Position numbers and translations under genes: made by a program
Notes under the pieces: generated by a model
Seen by the model: the letters and a program-made list of their open reading frames with translations, nothing else
Told to the model about the DNA's origin: nothing
Database searches by the model: none
In this document: piece after piece, positions 27,468 to 37,059 of the stretch
Position numbering within the stretch: the stretch's first letter is position 1
Layout of the letters: every line of letters begins with the position of its first letter
NCBI GenBank assembly: GCA_046155425.1
Contig: JBJXFM010000485.1
Coordinates: 1-59,782 of the forward strand
Length of the DNA: 59,782 nt
From: Blastocatellia bacterium
GTDB taxonomy: Bacteria; Acidobacteriota; Blastocatellia; RBC074
Direction of reading: 5' to 3'

Positions 27468-28007
27468 ATGAAAACCTTCAGCAGCATTGTTGTCGTCAAA
27501 CATCCGCGCGAGCTGGTCTGGACAACCATTCGCGATCATTTGCCGGAACTGACGCCGTTTCTGGACGACATTGACGCGATTTCCGTGTCGGAACGCGACG
27601 AAGAGCCGAATGGCACGGTCCGGCTGGTCAACCTGTGGAAAGCGAGCCCGCCGATTCCGGCGTTGCTGTCCTCGGTGCTCGATCCGGAGATGCTGGCGTG
27701 GGTGGATCGCGCCGAATACCAGCCGCAACAGTACGAATGTCACTGGCAAATCGAGCCGCGTTTCTTTCCGGACCGGACGCGCTGCGCCGGCGTGACGCGT
27801 TACGAAACGGCGCTGGGCGGCCGTGGCACAAAGATTACGTTCAGTGGCGGGCTGGGCGTGGCGATGGAAAACCTGGCGGGTGTCCCCGCGTTTATGGAAG
27901 GGACGGTCAGGCGCGGCGTGGAATCCTTTGTGACCACGCTGATTCCCAAAAACTTTCGCCGCCTGACCGATGCGCTCTCGCAATATCTGACGCGGCAGGG
28001 CGTCTGA
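27468..28007 (+). CDS. SRPBCC (START/polyketide-cyclase-like) family protein
   Basis: 179 aa. The N-terminus SSIVVVKHPRELVWTTIRDHLPEL and the overall size and pattern are typical of the SRPBCC ligand-binding fold. The SD AAGAGGA lies upstream. Confidence 0.6.
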   Translation: MKTFSSIVVVKHPRELVWTTIRDHLPELTPFLDDIDAISVSERDEEPNGTVRLVNLWKASPPIPALLSSVLDPEMLAWVDRAEYQPQQYECHWQIEPRFFPDRTRCAGVTRYETALGGRGTKITFSGGLGVAMENLAGVPAFMEGTVRRGVESFVTTLIPKNFRRLTDALSQYLTRQGV

Positions 28008-28011
28008 ACGC

Positions 28012-29232
28012 TCACGGTCCGCCGATCAGGTGCGCGTGGTGAAAGCCCAGCCGCGGGTCGGCGAGGCGAGGCAACGAAGGGACGTAATCGTGCAGCGGCG
28101 GCATCTGCACGCGGAAACGCAGGGTCGTTTCGGGGTAATCGTAAATCGTAATGTGGTTGAGGCCACGGTTGGCCGTGAACAGCAACGACTGATCCGCCGA
28201 GAGCTGACAGCCATAAATCGAATCGAGCAGGGAAAAACGGCTGACGCGCATGGCGCCGAAAAAATGCCGGTTGCCCGTGAAAAAACCGCCGCGGGCGAAT
28301 ACGTCATACACCTGTGTCGCGATTTCACGCGGATGCCGCAGGCTGGTCAGCAGGTCGGGCCGCTCATCGATCAGGCGGAAATCGGCCATGGATTCCAGGT
28401 CGATGAGGACCACGGACTGGCTGCCGCCGTTGCAGAAAATCAGCTCGCGGTCCGAGATCGTCACGTCGGAATTGATATGCGCGGGTGTTTCCCGCGTGGT
28501 CGCCCAGTGCCGCCGCACCTGTTTGCTTTCCGCGTCGACCTCAAAGGCGTATTCCTTGAGAAAGGCCATCGCCCATTCGTGATAATCGACATAGTCCTGG
28601 GGCAGGACGCGAAAGGAAACGCAGTAAAACAGGTCCTCGCGCGGATGGCAGACGAGGTGCCAGCAGGTCGCCGGCAATTCAATGCGCGTGGCCTGACCGG
28701 TCCGCATATCCCAGACGCCGACTTCGCGCGCTTCTCCATGTTTCGGGTGATCCATCGAGCCGTAGCAGAGATATTTTTTCGAGGGCGTCAGTTTCATCGA
28801 ATGCGGCAGCTTGACGAGATGCGGGCCGAGGCGTTCACCCTTTGACAAATCGCGCAGGTTGAAACGGTAAAAATAATCACCGATGGCCGTGATGAATTCC
28901 TCGTTGTTCAGCCATACCAGATGCGTGCTGCCGCGCAGGGAGGTGTCATTGGCCTCGAAACGCAGGGTGGAAATGCGCCCGATTTCACTCAGGTCCGCCG
29001 GATCGAAAAAGAGCAGGTGCTGCCCGGCGTTTCCCAGAAACCCGGCCGTGCCCGCCGGGTTGACGCTGACCCAGTGCCCGGCGGCGATGCCGGGGAAATA
29101 ACGGATTTTCCAGGCATGCGCCTGACCGGCCGGGTTGTACAGAAACAGACACACACCCGCCATGCCCTCAAGGCCGTTAATGCCATTGCCATCCAGCGCT
29201 ACGTAAAAGGCGTATGGATACCCTTTCAGCAT
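28012..29232 (-). CDS. hypothetical 406-aa protein (beta-rich, possibly propeller-like; no family recognised)
   Basis: Long ORF with no signal peptide. It converges on the SRPBCC gene with 4 nt between the stops. No motif I can name. Confidence 0.6.
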   Translation of the reverse strand: MLKGYPYAFYVALDGNGINGLEGMAGVCLFLYNPAGQAHAWKIRYFPGIAAGHWVSVNPAGTAGFLGNAGQHLLFFDPADLSEIGRISTLRFEANDTSLRGSTHLVWLNNEEFITAIGDYFYRFNLRDLSKGERLGPHLVKLPHSMKLTPSKKYLCYGSMDHPKHGEAREVGVWDMRTGQATRIELPATCWHLVCHPREDLFYCVSFRVLPQDYVDYHEWAMAFLKEYAFEVDAESKQVRRHWATTRETPAHINSDVTISDRELIFCNGGSQSVVLIDLESMADFRLIDERPDLLTSLRHPREIATQVYDVFARGGFFTGNRHFFGAMRVSRFSLLDSIYGCQLSADQSLLFTANRGLNHITIYDYPETTLRFRVQMPPLHDYVPSLPRLADPRLGFHHAHLIGGP

Positions 29233-29448
29233 GGTTCACCCTTGCGGATCGCTCCGCGCCAGAACTGCCAGAACTGGTTGATAATCTGCGTTGTTTGAGA
29301 TGAGCCGAGTATAGAAGCAGCCATGTGGTTGCGCAATACGGCGGCCGCCGCGGAACGGAATTCACCCATCCGTTTCCCGCCGGCGGCTGGTGGAAATGAT
29401 CCGCGCCCGGGTTGATACGGAGGAAGCGCTCATGGAGCAAAGGGTGTC

Positions 29449-30039
29449 ATGCTGAAAAAACAGACAGGAGAAGTCAGGTTGCCAGGCGGCGTCGCGGACA
29501 GCGTGTGGCAGCGCGTGTTCGCATATCTGTTCGCATACCTGGATGCCCGCGAGGCGGGGCTGGTACGGATCATGGTCAGCCAGTGCGGGGCGCCACACTG
29601 GCGCCGTCTGTGGATCACGCTGAACCGGCTGGGGAATGGCTGGCTGTATCTGCCGCTGGCCGTGCTGGCGCCGCTCCTGGCGGGGCGGCGGAGCATCCCC
29701 TTTTTGCGGGTGGCCGCGTTGTCGCTGATCGTGGCTTTTCTGTTGTATTCGTTTCTCAAACCGCGTCTGGCGCGCCTGCGTCCCTGTGATCTGGATCCGG
29801 GGATGTCGACGGCCGTGCTGGCGCTGGATAAATATTCCTGTCCCAGCGGGCATTGCATGACGGCGGCGGCGATTGGCTATCCGCTGGCGCACGAGTTTCC
29901 GTCATTGCTGTTGCTGGTGATCGCCGGCTGGGGGCTGATTGCCTGGTCGCGGCTGTCGCTGGGGCATCATTACCCCACGGACCTGCTGGCCGGAGGGCTC
30001 ATCGGCGCCGGGGTTTCCTGGCTGATTTCCGCTTTGTGA
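29449..30039 (+). CDS. PAP2 family phosphatase (membrane)
   Basis: KPRLARLRP...PSGHCMTAAA...SRLSLGHHYPTDLLAG are the three PAP2 motifs (KxxxxxxRP, PSGH, SRxxxxxHxxxD). Confidence 0.85.
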   Translation: MLKKQTGEVRLPGGVADSVWQRVFAYLFAYLDAREAGLVRIMVSQCGAPHWRRLWITLNRLGNGWLYLPLAVLAPLLAGRRSIPFLRVAALSLIVAFLLYSFLKPRLARLRPCDLDPGMSTAVLALDKYSCPSGHCMTAAAIGYPLAHEFPSLLLLVIAGWGLIAWSRLSLGHHYPTDLLAGGLIGAGVSWLISAL

Positions 30040-30163
30040 ACGGGCGCCGGCGCGCGCGTGTCTGGTGACCCGTTTGACAAAGGGACATGGATGGCCGGAC
30101 TATGCCAAATCACGATAAATTCTCCGCCGCCGCGTCCCCGGGGAACACAACGTATTTACCGGC

Positions 30164-32839
30164 ATGAACAAACCCATCATTTTTCTTTTCGCAATCCTTT
30201 TCCTTTTTCTCCCTTTTTCCCCACAGGCGCAAACCGCCGCCACGTTGCGTGGGCAGGTCAATGACCTTGCCGGCGCGGGTGTTGCCGGGGCGCAGGTCGG
30301 CCTGCGCAACACGGCGGCCGATATCGAACGGCAAACCACGGCCGGCGCCGACGGTCGCTTTCAGTTCACGGACCTGGCGCCAGGTCTGTGGCGGCTGCGC
30401 GTCGAGCACAAGGGATTTTCCGTCGCGACACAGATTGTCACCGTGGAAACCGGGCAGAACACAGATGTCAACGTGACCCTCGCGCCCGGCAGCATCAGTG
30501 AACAGGTGACCGTGACCGCCGCGCGCGGTCAGCGCGAAGCGCGCGATCTGACTGTCCCCGCCGAAATCATTACCCAGGAACAAATCCTGCGCGAAAACAC
30601 GGCGGCCACCCAGGAAACCCTGACGAAATCGGCGCAGGTGACACCCGTGGGCAACGGGCCGTTTCAGCAACGCCCGCGCCTGCGCGGCCTCGATTCCACG
30701 CGTATCCTGATCCTTGTGGACGGCGAACGCCTCAATACATCCCGCGTGGCCACCGACCGCGCCGGCCCGGAACTCGGCCTGGTGGACCCCTCGCTCATTC
30801 AGAATGTCGAAGTCGTGGGCGGTTCGGGTTCGGTGCTGTACGGGACGGACGCGCTGTCGGGGACGATCAATATCATCACCGACCAGCCGCGTCGTTCCGA
30901 CACCGTGCGCGTGGGCGCGGGGCTGAACCTGTTGTATGGCACGAATGACAACGGCCGCCGCGGCAATGCCAGCTTTGACCTGTCCGGCCGCTATTTCGCC
31001 CTGCGCGTGGCGGGCGCGCTGGAACGGTATGAGAACTATCACGCCGGGCGCGCATTCGGTGAAACCAGCCGCTTTCTGGTCACTCAGTTCCCGGCGCTGA
31101 GTGACGCCGCGCCGCCGCGCGTGCCGCCAGGAACCGTTGCGCAGCTGCTGCTCGGCCGTATCTTCCCGGACAATTTCAATGCGCCGTTCACGCGCACGAC
31201 CTCCGAGATTCCCAATTCACAGGCGCACGGCAGCAACCTCGACATCGTCGGGCGTCTGTTCCCCGACAACAACGGCGTGCTGCGCGTCGGCTGGATCCGC
31301 CGCCGCGCGGCCGATGTCGGTTTCCCCGATTTCTCCCCGCCGGTGTTTTTCCAGACCGTCAGCCTGCCGTTCAGCAACCTCGATAAATACAGCCTGCGGT
31401 ACGAACGCAGCGGGATCACGCCATGGTTCACGGGCTTTGCGCTGAAGGGCTATCACCAGCAACAGGACCGCAACCTGCGCAATGATTTTGCCGTATACAG
31501 CGCCGCGCCGCCGCGCCCGGGCCAGCAGCAGGTCGATTCCATCGTCGAGATCAAACTGCTGACCGACACACGTCAGAATGTCAAAAGTTATGGCTGGGAC
31601 GCGCAGGGGACGTTTCTGCTGTCTTCGCGCAACATCCTGACCACGGGCGCGAGCTGGTTTTATGACCACAGCCGCGATTCGCGTGTGTCGCGCGCCGACG
31701 CGGGCATCATTGCCTTTGCCACGCGGCCGCCCGCGCCGCCGACGCTGATTCCCGTGCCGCGCATTCCCTTTGGTCCGCCCGCGACCACCTTCCCCCAGCG
31801 TGTCCCCAAATCCGATTTCAAAAACCTCGGTTTCTTTGCCCAGGACGAATGGCACATCAACCGCTGGCTGCGCATTCTCGGCGGCGTGCGCGTCGATCGT
31901 TTTGACATCAGCACAACGGCGACGCCGGGCTATGACCCGCTGCTGCCCGGCATCGCCCAGGCGGCGCCGGCGATCGATCTCTCGAAGCTGCCGAACGCCG
32001 CGGGCCAGACGATTGACAGGTCCAACGTCAGCGGTGACATCGGCATGGTTATACAACCCACGCACGCGCTGAGTTTCAGCGGACGTGTCGGCCGCAGCTT
32101 CCGCCATCCGAATCTGGAAGAATTGTTTTTCACCGGCCCGGCGACGATTGGCAACATCATCGCCAATACAAAGGTACAGCCGGAAACGGGCGTCAATGTG
32201 GATCTGGGTGTGCGGTACCGGACGGCGCGTTATTCGGCGGCGGTCAATTATTTCAATAACACCTATCGTAATTTCATCTCGACGGAATTCATCGCCCAGG
32301 CGCCGCAACCCACCGGGCTGATCGCCCAGGCGATCAATTTCGCGCGTGTCCGCATCACGGGATTCGAGACGAACTGGGAAGTTCCACAGATGGTTGGCTC
32401 TTCCGCGCTGACATATTTCTGGACGCTGGGTTATCTGCGCGGGACGATTCTGGAAGGCGCCAATCCGTTTCAGCGCACATCGCTGCGCAACGCGCCGGCG
32501 GACAATATCTCGCCGCTGAAAAATGTCATCGGCCTGCGCTGGCAGGGCGGCGGGAATCGTTTCTGGGCCGAATACAACGCGCGCACCCAGGCGCAGGTGG
32601 ATCGTGTCTCGCCGTTGTTGCGCGAATCGCCGTTTCTGATCGCCCAGGACTATTTCGCGCTGCCTGGTTTCACGGTGCACACGGCGCGTGGCGGTTACAA
32701 TTTCCAGCGTGAACACGGGCGCGTGGCGCTGACCTTCGGGCTGGAAAATTTCGGCAATAAGTTTTACCGCGAACAGTTTCAGTTCGCCCCGGCGCGCGGC
32801 CGCAGCCTGACGATCGGCCTGCTGCTGAAAGTGTTTTGA
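30164..32839 (+). CDS. TonB-dependent receptor with N-terminal carboxypeptidase-regulatory-like domain
   Basis: 891 aa. Signal peptide, then LRGQVNDLAGAGVAGAQVGLRN (CarbopepD_reg-like). Plug region ILVDGERLN...GSGSVLYGTDALSGTINIIT. The C-terminus ends in an aromatic residue (LLLKVF). Confidence 0.85.
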   Translation: MNKPIIFLFAILFLFLPFSPQAQTAATLRGQVNDLAGAGVAGAQVGLRNTAADIERQTTAGADGRFQFTDLAPGLWRLRVEHKGFSVATQIVTVETGQNTDVNVTLAPGSISEQVTVTAARGQREARDLTVPAEIITQEQILRENTAATQETLTKSAQVTPVGNGPFQQRPRLRGLDSTRILILVDGERLNTSRVATDRAGPELGLVDPSLIQNVEVVGGSGSVLYGTDALSGTINIITDQPRRSDTVRVGAGLNLLYGTNDNGRRGNASFDLSGRYFALRVAGALERYENYHAGRAFGETSRFLVTQFPALSDAAPPRVPPGTVAQLLLGRIFPDNFNAPFTRTTSEIPNSQAHGSNLDIVGRLFPDNNGVLRVGWIRRRAADVGFPDFSPPVFFQTVSLPFSNLDKYSLRYERSGITPWFTGFALKGYHQQQDRNLRNDFAVYSAAPPRPGQQQVDSIVEIKLLTDTRQNVKSYGWDAQGTFLLSSRNILTTGASWFYDHSRDSRVSRADAGIIAFATRPPAPPTLIPVPRIPFGPPATTFPQRVPKSDFKNLGFFAQDEWHINRWLRILGGVRVDRFDISTTATPGYDPLLPGIAQAAPAIDLSKLPNAAGQTIDRSNVSGDIGMVIQPTHALSFSGRVGRSFRHPNLEELFFTGPATIGNIIANTKVQPETGVNVDLGVRYRTARYSAAVNYFNNTYRNFISTEFIAQAPQPTGLIAQAINFARVRITGFETNWEVPQMVGSSALTYFWTLGYLRGTILEGANPFQRTSLRNAPADNISPLKNVIGLRWQGGGNRFWAEYNARTQAQVDRVSPLLRESPFLIAQDYFALPGFTVHTARGGYNFQREHGRVALTFGLENFGNKFYREQFQFAPARGRSLTIGLLLKVF

Positions 32840-32885
32840 GATAAGTGGCCAGTGGTCAGTGGCCAGCTCAGGAAATTGATGCGAT

Positions 32886-33299
32886 ATGGAAACGTATGAC
32901 CTGGTGTATTGCGCGGGCGGGGTTTTGTGGCGCGAGGCAAATGACGGGCGCGAGGTCCTGCTGGTGCAGAGCCGCGATAACAAAGACTGGAAATTTCCCA
33001 AGGGGCATGTCGATGACACGGACCCTCGCTGGGACGCGGCGGCGCTGCGCGAGGTAAGGGAAGAAACCGGCTATGACGCCGCGATCCTGGATTTCGCGGG
33101 TTTCACGAAATACCCGGTCGGCGCGCGGATGAAAGTAGTTCTTTACTGGCATATGCAGCCGCTCGGTGATTTCGCGTTCACGGAAAGTGACGAAATCGAG
33201 CATTGCGAATGGTTGTCGATTCCCGCCGCGATGGCGCGTCTGACCTTTGACCTGGACCGCGACTTTCTGCGCCGTTTTCTGCGCGATGGCGAAATATGA
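32886..33299 (+). CDS. NUDIX hydrolase
   Basis: Nudix box: [27 protein letters not shown]. Confidence 0.85.
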   Translation: METYDLVYCAGGVLWREANDGREVLLVQSRDNKDWKFPKGHVDDTDPRWDAAALREVREETGYDAAILDFAGFTKYPVGARMKVVLYWHMQPLGDFAFTESDEIEHCEWLSIPAAMARLTFDLDRDFLRRFLRDGEI

Positions 33300-34057
33300 A
33301 AGCCTGGAAACTGATTCTGGAATACGACGGCACGCGTTACAGCGGCTGGCAGGAACAACTCAACGCGCGGACGGTCCAGGGCGAATTGCGCAAAGCGGCC
33401 GAGGACATTTTCGACACGCGTGTCGATCTGGGCGGCGCCGGACGCACGGACGCGGGCGTGCATGCGCTGGGCCAGGCCGCGCACATGCGCGTGGACACGC
33501 GCCGCGCCGGGATCAGATCCACGCCACAGCCCCGGGAAATGCTGTACGCCCTCAACGACCGCCTGCCGGCCGACATCTGCATTCTCGATGTCAGTGAAAC
33601 GGGGACGCGTTTTCATGCGCGCCACGACGCGGTCTCGCGTACCTATCTCTATCAGATCTCCATGCGCCGCACGGCCTTTGAAAAAAAATATGTCTGGTGG
33701 ATTAAGGATAACCTCGATACACGGGCGATGACGGCGGCGGCGGGATTGTTCCCCGGGCGGCATGATTTCGCGGCGTTCAGCAAACGCGACGCGGCGCGGC
33801 CCGGTGAATCGACGGTGGTCGTGGTCGAGGCGGCGGGCATACGCGTGGAAAACCAGCGCATTCTGTTTCGCATCACAGCCTCGCATTTCCTGTGGAATAT
33901 GGTGCGGCGGCTGACCGGCACACTGGTCGAGGTGGGCCGCCACAACATCGAAGTCGCGGCCGTCGCCGACATGCTGGCGGGCAGAACAGCCGCCAATGCC
34001 ACCTGGACCGCGCCGCCTTCGGGGCTGTTTCTGGAAAAGGTCATTTATCGCGACTGA
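33296..34057 (+). CDS. truA: tRNA pseudouridine(38-40) synthase TruA
   Basis: [12 protein letters not shown]...[14 protein letters not shown] catalytic Asp motif. The start overlaps the NUDIX stop. Confidence 0.9.
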   Translation: MKAWKLILEYDGTRYSGWQEQLNARTVQGELRKAAEDIFDTRVDLGGAGRTDAGVHALGQAAHMRVDTRRAGIRSTPQPREMLYALNDRLPADICILDVSETGTRFHARHDAVSRTYLYQISMRRTAFEKKYVWWIKDNLDTRAMTAAAGLFPGRHDFAAFSKRDAARPGESTVVVVEAAGIRVENQRILFRITASHFLWNMVRRLTGTLVEVGRHNIEVAAVADMLAGRTAANATWTAPPSGLFLEKVIYRD

Positions 34058-34097
34058 AGCGCGCATACACGATCCCCGGTCATTGCCGGTTATTGCG

Positions 34098-35558
34098 ATG
34101 AAGTCAGCGCCGGAACATATACACAACGGGATTGGCCACGGGGAGCCACGGGGAGCCACGGGGAGACATCCTCATGCAACCTTCTCTTTGGTGCTGATTG
34201 CGCTGGCCTGCGCGCTGCTCGCCGCCTGGTCCGCCTCCGCGCAGCAGAGCAAAAAGCCCAGACCCATTCCGCCAAAACTCTGCTCCCACGTCATTCTTGT
34301 AACCGTCAACGGCCTGCGCGCCGATTACCAGGGCGAAAAATACCGTCGTGAATATCCGCTGCCGGCGCTGCGCGCGCTGCAAACGGCCGGGGCCGCCACG
34401 CGCGGCATCGAGGGCGTATATCCCACGCTCGGCGCGCCCTCGCACGCGTCGATTCTGACCGGCGCGCTGCCGGCCGATCACGGTGTGACGGCGGAATTTG
34501 TCTTCGATGAAAAGACGGGCGCGCCGACCACGCAATCCTGGATCAGCGGGCATCCGATCAAGGGCGAGACGTTGCCGCGGGCGCTGGAACGCGCGGGCCT
34601 GCGCGCCGTGTCCATCGGCTTTTTATTGCCCGGGACAGGCGTTGCGCAAACGGATGAATCGCAGGGCGTCGCGGCCGGGAAAAAGCAAAAGCCCGATGAA
34701 CTGGCCGCCGCGCTGGCCGAGGATGAGCGCCGCGTGACAGCCGCGCTGGCGGCGCTGGCGGCGCCGGCAGGGCGGCCAAATCTGTTGTTGCTCAATCTGG
34801 CCGCGCTGGACGCGGCGCATCGCCGTTACGGTGTATTTTCGGCGCAGGCGGCCGCCACGCTGGCGAAAATCGACGCCGCGCTTGCCCGTTTGCGCGAGGG
34901 CAGCGCGGGTATGGCCGGCGACATGGTGATGATGGTCGCGGCCCCGTACGGCGCGGCGGCGGTGGAAAGCGAATTCCGTCCGGGCGCGGCGCTGGCCAGA
35001 ATCAAAAAGAAAGCCCTCGAAGCGCGCAATAAGAAAAAGAAGGACAAGGACAAGCCGGAAGAGCTGTATCTCGAATGGGAAGCAGTCGTGGAACCGCTGG
35101 GCGGCGCGGCGGCCGTGTACCTGCAAAACCCCGGGGATGAAGCCGCCGTGCAGGCCGTCGAGGGCATTTTTCAGCAACTGCACGCCGAATCGAACAGCCC
35201 CGTCTGGCGCATTCTCGACCGCCGGGACATTGCGCGGCTGGGGGCCGACCCGCGCGCCATCCTGTTTCTGGACGCCGCGCCGCGTTTCACCATGTCCGGA
35301 CGCCGCGACGGTGATGTAAAATCAGGCGCCGGGATCATGGCCGGACAGGGATATCTGCCACAGCGCATGGAAATGCATGGCGTATTTGCGCTGGCGGGAA
35401 AAGGCATCAGACCGGGCGCGACGCTGGAATACAGCCGTCTGATCGACCTTGCGCCGACGATCGCGCGGTTGCTGGGTGTGGAAATGCCCTCCGCGCGCGG
35501 GCGCGTGCTGTCCGAAGCGCTGACCGATTATGAAAAAAATCCAAATCCAAAGCAGTGA
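34098..35558 (+). CDS. alkaline-phosphatase-superfamily protein (nucleotide pyrophosphatase/phosphodiesterase-like), secreted
   Basis: The track ORF is trimmed to the ATG at 34098. Hydrophobic leader LVLIALACALLAAWSASAQ, then ILVTVNGLRADY and PTLGAPSHASILTG motifs. The start is uncertain because a 10-nt x3 repeat lies at 34136-34165. Confidence 0.6.
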   Translation: MKSAPEHIHNGIGHGEPRGATGRHPHATFSLVLIALACALLAAWSASAQQSKKPRPIPPKLCSHVILVTVNGLRADYQGEKYRREYPLPALRALQTAGAATRGIEGVYPTLGAPSHASILTGALPADHGVTAEFVFDEKTGAPTTQSWISGHPIKGETLPRALERAGLRAVSIGFLLPGTGVAQTDESQGVAAGKKQKPDELAAALAEDERRVTAALAALAAPAGRPNLLLLNLAALDAAHRRYGVFSAQAAATLAKIDAALARLREGSAGMAGDMVMMVAAPYGAAAVESEFRPGAALARIKKKALEARNKKKKDKDKPEELYLEWEAVVEPLGGAAAVYLQNPGDEAAVQAVEGIFQQLHAESNSPVWRILDRRDIARLGADPRAILFLDAAPRFTMSGRRDGDVKSGAGIMAGQGYLPQRMEMHGVFALAGKGIRPGATLEYSRLIDLAPTIARLLGVEMPSARGRVLSEALTDYEKNPNPKQ

Positions 35559-36339
35559 CGGCCCGCTGGAAATCTGCTGCCGCGATGAGGGGAATGGATC
35601 ACCGCTGGTGTTTCTGCATGCCTTTCCGCTCAGCCAGCGGATGTGGGATGGCCAGCTGGCGGCCCTCGCCGAGCGGTTTCGCGTAATGACGTTTGACTGG
35701 CGCGGATTCGGCGACAGTGAATTGCGCGGCGATGTTTTCACCATGGAACAATTCGCCGACGACCTGCGCGCGTTGCTCGACGCGCTGGAACTGGACCGCG
35801 TCACGCTGTGCGGCCTGTCGATGGGCGGGTACGCCGCGTTCGCGTTCATGCGCAAATACGCCGCGCGCGTGGCGAATCTGATCCTCGCGGACACGCGGGC
35901 GGGCGAGGATCTGGCCGCGGCGCGCCAGGGACGTCTGGACATGGCGCGCCGCGCGCTGACCGAGGGCGCGGGCGTGATCGCCGATCTGATGATTCCCCGG
36001 TTGCTGGCGCCCGCGACCATCCGCAATCATCCGGAAATCAACGCGCGTCTGCGGGCGATTATCGAGGCGAACGATCCGCGGGCCATCGCCGCCGCCCAGG
36101 CCGGCATGGCCGCGCGCGCGGATGCGACCGCGCTGCTGGAACAGATCCGCTGCCCGGCGCTGATCATCGTTGGCGGCGAGGACGCGCTGACGCCGCCGAG
36201 CGAGGCGAAAAAGATGTTTGATCGCCTGCCCGGCGCGCAGATGGCCGTGATCAATGGCGTGGGGCACCTGCCGAATCTGGAAGCGCCCGCCGAATTCAAC
36301 CGCATCGTCACCGGCTTTCTCACGCCGGAGCCCTTCTGA
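35530..36339 (+). CDS. alpha/beta hydrolase (3-oxoadipate enol-lactonase-like)
   Basis: 269 aa. LVFLHAFPLS, nucleophile elbow LCGLSMGG, and a C-terminal GHLPNLE motif. Confidence 0.85.
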   Translation: MKKIQIQSSDGPLEICCRDEGNGSPLVFLHAFPLSQRMWDGQLAALAERFRVMTFDWRGFGDSELRGDVFTMEQFADDLRALLDALELDRVTLCGLSMGGYAAFAFMRKYAARVANLILADTRAGEDLAAARQGRLDMARRALTEGAGVIADLMIPRLLAPATIRNHPEINARLRAIIEANDPRAIAAAQAGMAARADATALLEQIRCPALIIVGGEDALTPPSEAKKMFDRLPGAQMAVINGVGHLPNLEAPAEFNRIVTGFLTPEPF

Positions 36340-36348
36340 ACTGAGAGT

Positions 36349-36942
36349 ATGAGCGTGATGTATTGTCATTCCTGCGGCCGTGATCTGGCCCCGAACAGTT
36401 TGTTCTGCAACGCCTGTGGCGCGGCGACGGGGACCGCGCGCGGAACTTTGGGTGTGGCGGCGGCGTCAATACAGGGCGGCGGGACATTCCCCGCCGGTCA
36501 GCAGGACAGTCAGGTGTTGTTCAGTGTCCGTCCGGCGTTTTACGAAGCGGGATTCGCCTATGCGGTCGCGGCGTTGCTGTGCCTGCTGGCGGCCGGCGTG
36601 GCGGGCTGGTTCGGATGGCGCTGGCAGTATGTCGCGGGCGCGGCGGTGATTTTTCTGGCGCCGGCGATGTACAGGCACATCCAGCGCAACCGGATTGTCT
36701 ACACGCTGACACGGGGCCGCATGACGATCGATGCGGGTGTCTTTTCGCGGACGACCATGAACATTCCCGTGCGCAATGTGCAGAATGTGACGACCAGCGC
36801 CACGCTGGGACAGCGATTAATGGGGATTGGCGACGTGATAATTGACAGCGCGTCGGACGCGGGTAAAATCGTCATGCAGAACATTCGCAATCCAGGGCAA
36901 TACGCCGACCAGATCCTCGCGCAGCTGCAGCGCCGTTTCTGA
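36349..36942 (+). CDS. zinc-ribbon + membrane + bacterial PH (bPH_2/DUF304) domain protein
   Basis: MYCHSCGRDLAPNSLFCNACG zinc ribbon, two TM helices, then RIVYTLTRGRMTIDAGVFSRTTMNIPVRNVQNV...GIGDVIIDS, typical of bPH_2. The start may be the ATG at 36358. Confidence 0.65.
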   Translation: MSVMYCHSCGRDLAPNSLFCNACGAATGTARGTLGVAAASIQGGGTFPAGQQDSQVLFSVRPAFYEAGFAYAVAALLCLLAAGVAGWFGWRWQYVAGAAVIFLAPAMYRHIQRNRIVYTLTRGRMTIDAGVFSRTTMNIPVRNVQNVTTSATLGQRLMGIGDVIIDSASDAGKIVMQNIRNPGQYADQILAQLQRRF

Positions 36943-37059
36943 GACACGTTCATTCCATGCCCCCGGACCATGCGGATCAATGCCCATAATCGTCCCGCAC
37001 ATCCTGTTCAGGAGGCGATCTTGTTCAATCAGCAACCTTATCACCTTTTTCCCGGCGCG

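Noticed and set aside
31217-33019. 600-aa minus-strand ORF
   Set aside because: It is antisense to the TonB-dependent receptor and NUDIX genes, both of which have clear signatures, and its composition is that of a shadow frame.
33996-34097. 5' extension of the phosphodiesterase-like ORF overlapping truA
   Set aside because: It would overlap truA by 62 nt. The ATG at 34098, after the truA stop, is more plausible, although the true start remains uncertain.
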